This document shows, in pieces, positions 27,718-38,224 of a stretch of DNA of 64,000 nt. The translations under genes and the position numbers were made by a program. The DNA comes from an uncultured Gammaproteobacteria bacterium (GTDB taxonomy: Bacteria > Patescibacteriota > Microgenomatia > Levybacterales > UBA12049), in NCBI GenBank assembly GCA_964523705.1, contig CAZFYA010000001.1, positions 185,420 through 249,419 on the forward strand, read 5' to 3'. The notes under the pieces were generated by a model, which was not told the origin of the DNA, made no database searches, and saw only the letters and a program-made list of their open reading frames with translations. Position 1 is the first letter of the stretch, and every line of letters begins with the position of its first letter.

Positions 27718-28642
27718 TATTTTAAGGCTCTTAAGACCAAGACAATGGATTAAAAACTTGGCAATTTTTACAGCAATTATTTTTGCCGGTGTACTTTTTG
27801 AAAAATCCATATTTGATAAAGTTTTTTTAGGCTTTATTGCCTTTTGTGGTTTATCTTCAGCAACCTATGTAATTAATGATTTATTTGATATTAAAAAAGA
27901 TAGACTTCACCCTTTTAAAAAATTTCGACCTTTAGCAAAAGGCGATGTTCCAATTCCGCTTGCAGTTATTATTGCAGTAATTTTAATTGTTGGCTCATTT
28001 TTATTAAGTCTTTCCATTACCCCAACATTTACCATAGTTGCTGTTGTTTATCTTGCACTTCAATTTCTTTATTCGCTTAAGTTTAAAATGGTTGCGGCCT
28101 TAGATATTTTAATAATTGCTCTAGGTTATATTTTAAGAGTATACGCAGGAGAGTTTGCCAGCGGATACCATATTTCCGTATGGATGTTATTAACTACTGT
28201 TTCTTTTTCTCTGTTTTTAGCTGTTGGTAAAAGAAGATCTGAGCTTACTCTTCTTTCCAATAGTAAAGTCTCAAATATTACAACTGTTAGACAATCGCTT
28301 TCTCGTTATTCAGAAAAGCTTTTAGATATTTATGCTTCTATGTTTGCTACATCAACTTTTATTACTTATTCTCTTTTTACTTTCTTAGAAAATCCAAAAG
28401 GAATAAAATTAGCACTTGGCGTTTTTATGCCGGATTTCCTACCTGTTTTTTTCCAGCGAAAATGGTTAATGATAACCATAATTCCTGTTATTTATGGAAT
28501 AATGCGTTATCTTCAAGATATTTATGAAAAAAATGAAGGAGAAAGTCCAGATAGAGTTTTGCTTTCCGATAAACCACTTTTAACAACAGTTATTATTTGG
28601 TTATTGCTGGTTATTTTTATAATCTACCTTATCGGCCCTTAG
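27695..28642 (+). CDS. UbiA-superfamily prenyl-phosphate phosphoribosyltransferase homolog (decaprenyl-phosphate 5-phosphoribosyltransferase-like)
   Basis: N-terminal RPRQWIKNLAIFTA, Asp-rich NDLFDIKKDRLHP, a second motif at YILRVYAGE, and 8-9 TM helices. A TAG stop was verified. Confidence 0.55.
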   Translation: MKMKMAFNILRLLRPRQWIKNLAIFTAIIFAGVLFEKSIFDKVFLGFIAFCGLSSATYVINDLFDIKKDRLHPFKKFRPLAKGDVPIPLAVIIAVILIVGSFLLSLSITPTFTIVAVVYLALQFLYSLKFKMVAALDILIIALGYILRVYAGEFASGYHISVWMLLTTVSFSLFLAVGKRRSELTLLSNSKVSNITTVRQSLSRYSEKLLDIYASMFATSTFITYSLFTFLENPKGIKLALGVFMPDFLPVFFQRKWLMITIIPVIYGIMRYLQDIYEKNEGESPDRVLLSDKPLLTTVIIWLLLVIFIIYLIGP

Positions 28643-28695
28643 TTTTTTATTCCGAGGGAGTGGAGGAATTTCAAATTTATTTTCTTTAAAAAAGA

Positions 28696-28944
28696 CTACT
28701 TATATACAGCTTGCCGATGGGCAATCTTAAGAACCTCTACTCGCTTTTCCTTCTCATTTATTTCATAAAGAATTCTATATGGCCATACACGAAGTGAATA
28801 GATGCCTTTTAACTCTCCTGTGAGTTTTTTTCCAGAATATGGAAACTTTTCTAAAGCATAGAGTTTTTTGCGAAGCTTTATTTGTTCATTTTTTGGAATT
28901 CTTTTATATTGCCTCTGAGAATCTTTAGAAAGAATAACATGCAT
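28696..28944 (-). CDS. Type II toxin, RelE/ParE superfamily
   Basis: 82 aa. ...LRVWPYRILYEINEKEKRVEVLKIAHRQ; begins 3 nt after the antitoxin gene. Confidence 0.7.
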   Translation of the reverse strand: MHVILSKDSQRQYKRIPKNEQIKLRKKLYALEKFPYSGKKLTGELKGIYSLRVWPYRILYEINEKEKRVEVLKIAHRQAVYK

Positions 28945-28947
28945 AGA

Positions 28948-29232
28948 TTATTTAAGATCAGCAAGAGGAACGAATTCTCCTTTTTTAATTTGTCTTTTGC
29001 TTTTTATGATATCTTTTTTAATTCCAGAAATAGTAAGCACCTCTGCGGTTTCTTCTAAAGACTCTAGTTCCTCCATGCTTACCATTACTACTTTTGGCTT
29101 CCCATTAACAGTGATAACCACCCTTTCGAGGTTTTCGTTTACTTGATCAACTAAATCTGGTAGAGTTGCTCTGACATCTGATATAGAAATAAGATTACTC
29201 ATAATGTAAATATTGTACAATAACTTGTACAT
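28948..29232 (-). CDS. Type II antitoxin, Phd/YefM family
   Basis: ISISDVRATLPDLVDQVNENLERVVITVNGKPKVVMVSMEELESLEETAEVL. Confidence 0.7.
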   Translation of the reverse strand: MYKLLYNIYIMSNLISISDVRATLPDLVDQVNENLERVVITVNGKPKVVMVSMEELESLEETAEVLTISGIKKDIIKSKRQIKKGEFVPLADLK

Positions 29233-29288
29233 CTTGTCAATATTTTGAGGCTAAGAATGGAGCTTCGAGGGGTAGACGATACTAGAAC

Positions 29289-30143
29289 CTATTCTTTAGT
29301 AGTGTATTGTCCGCTAACCCAACCTTCTTCACTATCATTTAGCTTAATTTTATACCAACCGTTTTTCTCATCTAAAAACTCATATTCTTCTCCAGGATTA
29401 ACCCTTGTAATTTCAGTTGATGCTGTAGTTGCATCTTCTCTTACCCTTAGAAAACCTGTTGGAGTTTGAAGTATAGTTACTTTAGCAGATGGACTTGCCT
29501 CCTCAACTGGTGTTTCAGTTGGGGAAATTTCAGGAAAGGCAGAGCTTGATGAAACATCAGGGAGTACTGAAAGAGTAACTGTTGCTTCAAGCCTATATCC
29601 TTTAATAGTTCTAATTCTTAAAACCTTATCAATATATCCCTCTTTTGAAACTTTTAATTCATGATCTGACTCTGTTAAGTCTTTTAATAAAAGCGGACTA
29701 ACTCCGGATGGGGATTGACTGTTATCCAAAGTTAAAATTGCTTTATCAGGAAAAGTAACTACGGAAAGCTCTGTTTCATCTTTTTCATTTAATTTAACTA
29801 AGCTAATAATGCTTCCTGAAGAAAATGCTCCTTCACCAAAAGTTCTATCAACTACTGTTAAAACAGATGAAGAAATAGTAATTTTTTCCTCAAAGCTCCT
29901 AAAGTTTCCCTGTACTGGAATTAGTTTTATTGTATAAGACCCTGCTTGAATTGTCTGATCCGCATCACACTTACAAAGAGGAGTTTCTCCGATTAATTTA
30001 CCGTCTAAATATACCTTGCTTTTTGGATTTGAAGTAACCTGAAGCGCACCTCTTCCCGCATCTTTACTGAAAAAATAGACTATTAAAATAAAAATGCCAA
30101 TTGTTGTTATTAATAGACCTAAAATAAAAAGAAATCTTTTCAT
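29289..30143 (-). CDS. Membrane-anchored PEGA-domain protein with C-terminal SH3b-like domain
   Basis: N-terminal TM helix. PEGA motif KVYLDGKLIGETP, and C-terminal GWYKIKLNDSEEGWVSGQY. Confidence 0.5.
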   Translation of the reverse strand: MKRFLFILGLLITTIGIFILIVYFFSKDAGRGALQVTSNPKSKVYLDGKLIGETPLCKCDADQTIQAGSYTIKLIPVQGNFRSFEEKITISSSVLTVVDRTFGEGAFSSGSIISLVKLNEKDETELSVVTFPDKAILTLDNSQSPSGVSPLLLKDLTESDHELKVSKEGYIDKVLRIRTIKGYRLEATVTLSVLPDVSSSSAFPEISPTETPVEEASPSAKVTILQTPTGFLRVREDATTASTEITRVNPGEEYEFLDEKNGWYKIKLNDSEEGWVSGQYTTKE

Positions 30144-30232
30144 AAAACTTATTGCGATTATACATTATACTTTAAAATTAATTATTTTGACACAAAAAAA
30201 CCGTTTTTTAAGTAGATTAATAATAAATTCTT

Positions 30233-32189
<1,957 letters not shown>

Positions 32190-32204
32190 AAAATTAGTCA
32201 AAAA

Positions 32205-32231
32205 ATATCACTTGACATAAGTGATTGCTAA
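32205..32231 (-). promoter_or_regulatory. CIRCE-like operator upstream of groES (minus-strand TTAGCAATC-N9-AAGTGATAT; core perfect IR ATCACTT-N5-AAGTGAT)
   Basis: An inverted repeat can be seen directly. It matches the CIRCE consensus at 8/9 and 6/9. Confidence 0.45.
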
Positions 32232-32232
32232 A

Positions 32233-32261
32233 TTTATACACCAAAAGTATTTTTCTGTCAA
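32233..32261 (-). promoter_or_regulatory. Sigma70-type promoter for groESL (minus-strand TTGACA-N17-TATAAA) immediately upstream of the CIRCE-like element
   Basis: The revcomp of 32233-32261 reads TTGACAgaaaaatacttttggtgTATAAA. Confidence 0.45.
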
Positions 32262-32341
32262 GTAGTTTTTTACGAAAAAATATAGGATTAATACTTGACA
32301 CACGCCTATTTATTCTCTACGATTAAACTTAGATTTCATTT

Positions 32342-33457
32342 ATGTTTTCTGGTAAAAAACTCTTACTGCTTGGCTTTATTATTGTACTTTTGGTTGCTAT
32401 TCCAATAACTGTTTATTTAGTGCAACAGCAACAAAAAACTGAAATTAAAGCAGCTCCCTCAACTATTCTTTCTGTTGTTGATGCTGATACCGGAAATTCC
32501 TCAAAAACAATGTCTGTTGGAGAAAGTGCAACTTTTAAAGTAATGGTAAATCCTGGAAGTAATCAGATTTCTTTTGTTAAATTTACCCTAACTTATGACT
32601 CAACCAAATTAGACGTACAGGCAAACGGCTTTACTCCAAATGAGTCAACTTTTCCCTCAATCCTTCAGGGGCCAACCTATGCTGCGGGAACCGTATCAGT
32701 GACAATGTCTATTGGCGGAAGTTTAGATAAGGTTATTCAAACACCTAAAGAAGCAGGAACAATAACCGTAACTGCAATTGCCTCAACAAACGGAGCAACC
32801 ACAAAAATAGATTTTGGAACACCTCAAGTCTTATCAGTTGGAGCAACAGATACTTTTAATGAAAACGTTTTCTCCTCATCTGTCCCGGCCATAATTACAA
32901 TTGGCGGAGAAGAAACAACAACTACTACAACAACCGTTCCGCCAACAGCAACACCAACACCAGGGCCAACAGCAACCCCAACGGTTACCCCAGGACCAAC
33001 CGGAACACCATCTGCTAATCAATTACCAACCTGTGAAAGCTTAGCGCTTGATAATTCTTCAACTGGGACAGCACCATATGCCTTAATGTTTACTGCAAAC
33101 GGAAGCGATAGTGATGGAACAATTACTAAAGTTACTTTTAATTTTGGTGATGGACAAGTTCAGGATGTTACTGATGGATTAAATACCGGAAGTGTTAGTG
33201 CACAAACATCTCACACCTATGCCAGTGCCGGAACATTTACAGCAACTGCTGCTATGACTGATAATAGTGGTGGAGTAAGTAGTACCGAATCCTGTACACA
33301 AGTAATAAATATTAGTGGAGCAGCAGTAACAGCTGCACCAACAAATACTCCAACTCCAACCTTAGCGCCAACCGGTCCCGGAAGCACAATAATGACTTTT
33401 GGAGCAATAGGAGCTATTCTTTCGGTTGTTGGAATCTTACTTTTCCTCGCTCTTTAA
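32342..33457 (+). CDS. Secreted cell-surface protein with PKD domain, Thr/Pro-rich linkers and a C-terminal LAPTG + hydrophobic anchor
   Basis: N-terminal TM/signal, PKD signature VTFNFGDGQVQDV, TTTTTTTVPPTATPTPGPTATPTVTPGPTGTP, and C-terminus TLAPTGPGSTIMTFGAIGAILSVVGILLFLAL. Confidence 0.6.
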   Translation: MFSGKKLLLLGFIIVLLVAIPITVYLVQQQQKTEIKAAPSTILSVVDADTGNSSKTMSVGESATFKVMVNPGSNQISFVKFTLTYDSTKLDVQANGFTPNESTFPSILQGPTYAAGTVSVTMSIGGSLDKVIQTPKEAGTITVTAIASTNGATTKIDFGTPQVLSVGATDTFNENVFSSSVPAIITIGGEETTTTTTTVPPTATPTPGPTATPTVTPGPTGTPSANQLPTCESLALDNSSTGTAPYALMFTANGSDSDGTITKVTFNFGDGQVQDVTDGLNTGSVSAQTSHTYASAGTFTATAAMTDNSGGVSSTESCTQVINISGAAVTAAPTNTPTPTLAPTGPGSTIMTFGAIGAILSVVGILLFLAL

Positions 33458-35184
33458 TTCTTTGAAATCAAAGAGATTAATGAATCTTCAGGAAGAATTA
33501 TTTTAGCTTTAACTAAAAGCTTACCTTTTCCCTTTTTTTGTTTTTCCAAAAGCTTATCTTTTCTAGTTCTGTCTCCTCCTGACATTTTTTGCAATACGTC
33601 TTTTCTAAAGGGTGGAATCTCTGTTCTGGCCAAAACCCGTTGATTGATTTTTGCCTGAATTATTTGCCTGAATTGCTGACGAGGAAGCACTTCTTTAAGC
33701 TTATTAGTTTTTTCTCTTGCAACATAATCTGCCTCTTCCTTGTATACCAGTTCCGATAAGACATCTACTTCATAATCATTAATAACTATGTCTAGTTTCT
33801 CAAGGTCTGCTTTTTTGTATTCGGTTAATTCATAATCAAGACTGGCAAAACCTGAAGAAATAGATTTAACCTCTGAAGCAAGTCCTCTAATAAACATGCT
33901 GTAAGGCATTTCATATTTTAAAACTGCGTTATTTTCATGATAAGAAACATCTACCATTTTTCCTTTTCTTTTTTGACACAAAGTCATAATCCCTCCGACG
34001 TAATTTGAGGGAGTATATATTGTTAAATTCATATATGGTTCAAGAAAAAAACCGTCTTTATCTTTTTTGTATAAAACCTTTGGCATGGTTAGAATCGGAC
34101 TTACTTTTTCTTCTTGCTTTAGTTTTTCTTTAATAATTTCAGCGTGTAAAAGGCCTAAAAAACCGACCCTAAAACCACTGCCAAGATAGGCTGAATATTC
34201 TTCCTCAATACTTAATGATGAATCATTCAAGCTTATCTTGTTTAAGGCTTCTTTTAGATGTATTAATTCATTTTTATTGTGTGGATATATTCCAAAAAAG
34301 ACCATTGGTTTGGGCGGATTGTATCCTGAAAGCGGAGTAATTTTTTTATTTACATTTGTAATCGTATCACCAACTCGACAATCCTTAATATTTTTAATTC
34401 CGGTAACTACATAGCCGATTTCCCCTGCTTCTAAACTATCAAGTGGAGTTAAAAACGGAGAGAAAAAACCAACCTCTCCAGCTTCAGATTCAACAGAGCT
34501 TTGAAAAAGCTTTATTTTATCTCCCTTTTTAATTTTTCCATCAATTATTCTTACAAAAGCAATAACGCCCCTGTGCTGATCATAAACTGCATCAAAAATT
34601 AAAGCTTTAAGTGCTAAGTTTAAATCTCCTTTTGGAGGAGGAATTTTTTTTATAACTTCATCTAAAAGTTCTTTTACGTTTTCTCCGTTTTTAGCAGAAA
34701 TATATATTATTTCTTCTTTTGAAAAACCAAAAAAATCATAAAGTTCGCTTACTACTGAATCCACTTTTGCGGTTTGTAAATCAATTTTGTTGATAACCGG
34801 TATTATTTTAAGATTTTGTTTCTTAGCAACGTTTAAATGAGCAACTGTTTGTGCCTGAACACCTTGAGTTGCATCAACTAATAATATTGCGCCTTCACAA
34901 GCAGCCAGCGTTCTTGATACTTCGTAGGAAAAATCAATATGCCCAGGAGTATCAATGAGGTTTAAAATATGTGAATTATTATCTAATTCATATTTCATCC
35001 TAACCGGCGCAAGCTTAATGGTTATCCCTCTTTCCCTGCTGATTGGACTTTGATCTAAAAATTGCTCTTTTAACTTATCCTTTGGAATAGTTTTTGTTAT
35101 TTCCAAAAACCTATCCGCTAAGGTTGATTTTCCGTGGTCAATATGGGCAATAATTGCAAAGTTTCGAATGTTTTTATTTTGCAT
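33454..35184 (-). CDS. lepA: Translation elongation factor 4 (LepA)
   Basis: IRNFAIIAHIDHGKSTLADRFLE, DTPGHIDFSYEVSR, NKIDL; 576 aa. Confidence 0.9.
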   Translation of the reverse strand: MQNKNIRNFAIIAHIDHGKSTLADRFLEITKTIPKDKLKEQFLDQSPISRERGITIKLAPVRMKYELDNNSHILNLIDTPGHIDFSYEVSRTLAACEGAILLVDATQGVQAQTVAHLNVAKKQNLKIIPVINKIDLQTAKVDSVVSELYDFFGFSKEEIIYISAKNGENVKELLDEVIKKIPPPKGDLNLALKALIFDAVYDQHRGVIAFVRIIDGKIKKGDKIKLFQSSVESEAGEVGFFSPFLTPLDSLEAGEIGYVVTGIKNIKDCRVGDTITNVNKKITPLSGYNPPKPMVFFGIYPHNKNELIHLKEALNKISLNDSSLSIEEEYSAYLGSGFRVGFLGLLHAEIIKEKLKQEEKVSPILTMPKVLYKKDKDGFFLEPYMNLTIYTPSNYVGGIMTLCQKRKGKMVDVSYHENNAVLKYEMPYSMFIRGLASEVKSISSGFASLDYELTEYKKADLEKLDIVINDYEVDVLSELVYKEEADYVAREKTNKLKEVLPRQQFRQIIQAKINQRVLARTEIPPFRKDVLQKMSGGDRTRKDKLLEKQKKGKGKLLVKAKIILPEDSLISLISKN

Positions 35185-35231
35185 AACACTTACGAAGTAT
35201 ACGTGGAATCAAGGCTAAAAGCAACTTACCT

Positions 35232-35540
35232 TTATAATACTGGTTCTAATCTTCTTTTACCGGAAGCAATAAAAATAGTTTCTTCTCCTGTTAAGCCTTT
35301 AAAAGGAACCCCTAGCTCTTCATCTTTCCCTTTAACTATGGCTACGGGAATTTCTTCTGAATTTCTTCCTTTAATAACTCCTTCACAAACTACATGATAA
35401 ATCACTGCATCTCTTTTTCTAAGAGGTCTTTCCGAGGCTAGCGAACATGACTTGGGCAGAGGGTATCCTATTTTATTTTGTATATCACAGCTTGCTCCTG
35501 GTGCTAATCTTCCTATTGCTTCAACTATACTCCCAGCCAT
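35232..35540 (-). CDS. Hypothetical 102-aa protein
   Basis: Open frame with a reasonable codon pattern; no recognised motif. Confidence 0.35.
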   Translation of the reverse strand: MAGSIVEAIGRLAPGASCDIQNKIGYPLPKSCSLASERPLRKRDAVIYHVVCEGVIKGRNSEEIPVAIVKGKDEELGVPFKGLTGEETIFIASGKRRLEPVL

Positions 35541-35602
35541 AGTAAATTACTATATAACTCTATATAAAACCTTTTTTCTTTTTTTGTCAAATTTAATAAA
35601 AT

Positions 35603-37285
35603 TTAAACTTTTGTTGTTGTTCCGTCAATTGTCTCTTCACTGGTTTTAAGTATTTGTCTCCAGTCACCTACTTTTTTGAAAAGCATAATAAACATTGATG
35701 CTTCTTTAACATTAAAAAGCCAGGTAAGAAAAATATAAAGCGATAATCCTGCAAAGGATGAAATTCCGGTTAAGAATAAAAGGTTTATTGTTCTGGTAGT
35801 ATCAAAAACCAACTGGTCTAATAATTTAATTGGAACATATAAGGCAAAACCGGTAAAAACTGTAGCCACTACAATTTTTAATAACGAATAACTTAGATGA
35901 AGTTTTTCAAAACCACCAACTTTTCTATCCAAACAGATAAATAAAATAAAGATATTAACAATGCTGGCAATGGAAAACGAGGCGGCAATTGCCCAGATTT
36001 TTAAATCTAATACAAAAATTGCAACTACTCCTAAAGCAACCATTAAGGCAGTAGTTAAAATACCAACAACAAGTGGTGTTTTAGTATCGTGAAGTGCATA
36101 AAACCCTCTTGAAAGTAAATAGTTTAATGCTTGAGAGAAAATTGAAATACTAAAAAAAGCTAGAGTTGTTCCGGTTAAAACTGTTGCCTGCCAGTCAAAT
36201 TGCGCTGCTCCATAAATTAAACGTACGATTGGAATTCGAAGCACTATAAATAAAACAGAAAATGGTAAAACTAAATAAATCATCTGTTTTAAGCTTGTAA
36301 TTATGGTTATTTTAAAATCATTTAATCTATCCTTTTCTCTTGCTAGAACAGGAAACGCTGCTTGGGCAATTGCTTGTCCAAAAAGAACAACCGGCGCAAA
36401 AAATAATGTTTGTGCATAGTCAAAAATTACGTAATTTCTACCAGGGGATGGCAAAAAGGAAATAAGCGTAATTGTAATTATCCCGCCAAGTTGAAAAACA
36501 GCAATTGAAATAGTTCTTGGCCACATTAATTTTAAAACCTGAATAACACCACTGTTTTTTATCGCAACCGAGGGCCTAAAATTAAAGCCAAGTTTTTTAG
36601 TAAGCGGGAGTTGTGCAATTATAAAAATAAAAGCGCCCATAATTACTCCATAAGCAGCTGAGTAAATGCCAAAATAAGGAGAAAGGAAGAAAATTCCGGC
36701 AATAATCCCCAAGTTATATAAGGCTGCGGCAAAACCGGGGACAAAAAAATGATTGTAAGATTGAAGAACTGATGATAAAAAGCTTCCGATTATAAAAAGA
36801 ATTTCGCCAAAAACAATTATTCTCATTAAGCTTGCCATTAAAACAATTTGTTGCTGTGAAAATCCCGGGGCGATTAAGCTTGAAGCTTGCTCTGCAAAAA
36901 TAAATAGAAAAACAGAAAGACCACAAAAAATAATTAAGCTAACTGTAAGAAGCGTTGAGCCTAAAAAGTGCGCTTCTTTTTCCTTATTTTTACCTAAGTA
37001 ATCGGAAAAAATAGGAATAAAAGCAGAAGATAAAGCTCCGGCAATAATTAATTGAAATAAAAAGTCAGGCAGCTTTGAAGAGGCAAGATACACTCCAAGG
37101 GTATCTGATGCTCCAAATATTGACACTAAAAGTCTTTGTCTTACCAAGCCTAAGACTTGAGAAAAAATTACTGTTCCCATGATTACGAAGGCTGCGGACA
37201 AGATGTTTGTTTGGCGCTTTAGCAAAAGACTAAGCCCCCTTTGAAAAAGCTTCTTGGGCATATGTTGTTTTTTACAGTATAGCAT
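35603..37285 (-). CDS. murJ: Lipid II flippase MurJ (MviN)
   Basis: N-terminus ...LSAAFVIMGTVIFSQVLGLVRQRLLVSIFGASDTLGVYLASSKLPDFLFQLIIAGALSSAFIPIFS; 14 TM helices; 560 aa. Confidence 0.8.
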   Translation of the reverse strand: MLYCKKQHMPKKLFQRGLSLLLKRQTNILSAAFVIMGTVIFSQVLGLVRQRLLVSIFGASDTLGVYLASSKLPDFLFQLIIAGALSSAFIPIFSDYLGKNKEKEAHFLGSTLLTVSLIIFCGLSVFLFIFAEQASSLIAPGFSQQQIVLMASLMRIIVFGEILFIIGSFLSSVLQSYNHFFVPGFAAALYNLGIIAGIFFLSPYFGIYSAAYGVIMGAFIFIIAQLPLTKKLGFNFRPSVAIKNSGVIQVLKLMWPRTISIAVFQLGGIITITLISFLPSPGRNYVIFDYAQTLFFAPVVLFGQAIAQAAFPVLAREKDRLNDFKITIITSLKQMIYLVLPFSVLFIVLRIPIVRLIYGAAQFDWQATVLTGTTLAFFSISIFSQALNYLLSRGFYALHDTKTPLVVGILTTALMVALGVVAIFVLDLKIWAIAASFSIASIVNIFILFICLDRKVGGFEKLHLSYSLLKIVVATVFTGFALYVPIKLLDQLVFDTTRTINLLFLTGISSFAGLSLYIFLTWLFNVKEASMFIMLFKKVGDWRQILKTSEETIDGTTTKV

Positions 37286-37299
37286 GCTAAAATAGCCAG

Positions 37300-37611
37300 A
37301 TGCCAGTAATAAAATCAGCCAAGAAAAAACTAAGAAAAGATAAAAAACGAACTGCCCAAAATGACAGTCTAAAAAAGGAGTTTAAAAAACTTTTAAAAGA
37401 GGCTTCTAAAAAACCATCTGTTGATAATATAAAAAAAGCTACCAAAGCTATTGATAAAGCTGCTAAAAAAGGTATTCTTCATAAAAATAAAGCTGCAAGA
37501 TTAAAATCAAAATTAGCAAAAATAGCTTTAGGAAAATTAAAAGTTGTAAAAGTAAAAAAAGCCACAAAAAAGGCAAAGGCAAAGACCTCAAAAAGAAAAA
37601 CAAAAAAATAA
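37300..37611 (+). CDS. rpsT: Ribosomal protein bS20 with Lys-rich C-terminal extension
   Basis: MPVIKSAKKKLRKDKKRTAQNDSLKKEFKKLLKEA... Confidence 0.8.
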   Translation: MPVIKSAKKKLRKDKKRTAQNDSLKKEFKKLLKEASKKPSVDNIKKATKAIDKAAKKGILHKNKAARLKSKLAKIALGKLKVVKVKKATKKAKAKTSKRKTKK

Positions 37612-37668
37612 AATTTGCCTCAAATATCCTTTGACAAAAATACCAAAAAACCCTAGACTAAGTTTAGT

Positions 37669-38223
37669 ATGGCAAAGAAAACGCCTGATATAAATTTATT
37701 GAAAACAGGTAAGGTTAATGTTGTTGATGAAGTTATTAAATGGTCTATAACTATTGGCAGGGTACTTATTATAGCAGTTGAGGTTATTGCCCTATCTGCC
37801 TTTTTATATAGATTTACTCTAGACAGACAACTTATTGACTTACATTCAAAAATTAAACAAGAACAGGCAATTGTAGATTTTTTCAAAGAAAATGAGCAAA
37901 TGTATCTTAATCTTCAAGACCGCCTAGACGTTGCTTCAACTTACTCTAATCAATCCAGTGAAAAATTTAAAATATTTAACGACATTATTGGCTTTGCGCC
38001 CTCTGGAATTATCTTTAATAATTTCTCTCTTTACGAAGATAAAATCAGAATTAATGCCACTACGGATTCCATAAGCGCATTAAGCACTTTTGTTAATGAG
38101 CTTAAAAACTATTCTTTAATTAGTACTTTAAGCGTAGATAAAATAGAAAATAAACCATCAACTTCGCTTATTACTTTTGGAATTTCAGCAGGCATAAAAC
38201 AAGAAAAAACTAAAAAGAAATAA
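37669..38223 (+). CDS. Type IV pilus assembly protein PilN-like
   Basis: N-terminal cytoplasmic INLL motif (TPDINLLKTGK), a single TM helix, then a coiled-coil/periplasmic-type domain; 184 aa. Confidence 0.5.
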   Translation: MAKKTPDINLLKTGKVNVVDEVIKWSITIGRVLIIAVEVIALSAFLYRFTLDRQLIDLHSKIKQEQAIVDFFKENEQMYLNLQDRLDVASTYSNQSSEKFKIFNDIIGFAPSGIIFNNFSLYEDKIRINATTDSISALSTFVNELKNYSLISTLSVDKIENKPSTSLITFGISAGIKQEKTKKK

Positions 38224-38224
38224 T

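Noticed and set aside
30190-30215. acaaaaaaaccgttttttaag after groEL as a terminator
   Set aside because: The apparent stem is an A-run facing a T-run with a 1-2 nt loop. It is not a foldable hairpin, just A/T homopolymers.
37653-37886. 77-aa minus-strand ORF overlapping pilN-like start
   Set aside because: It is a shadow of the PilN-like gene, which has a recognisable INLL N-terminal motif.
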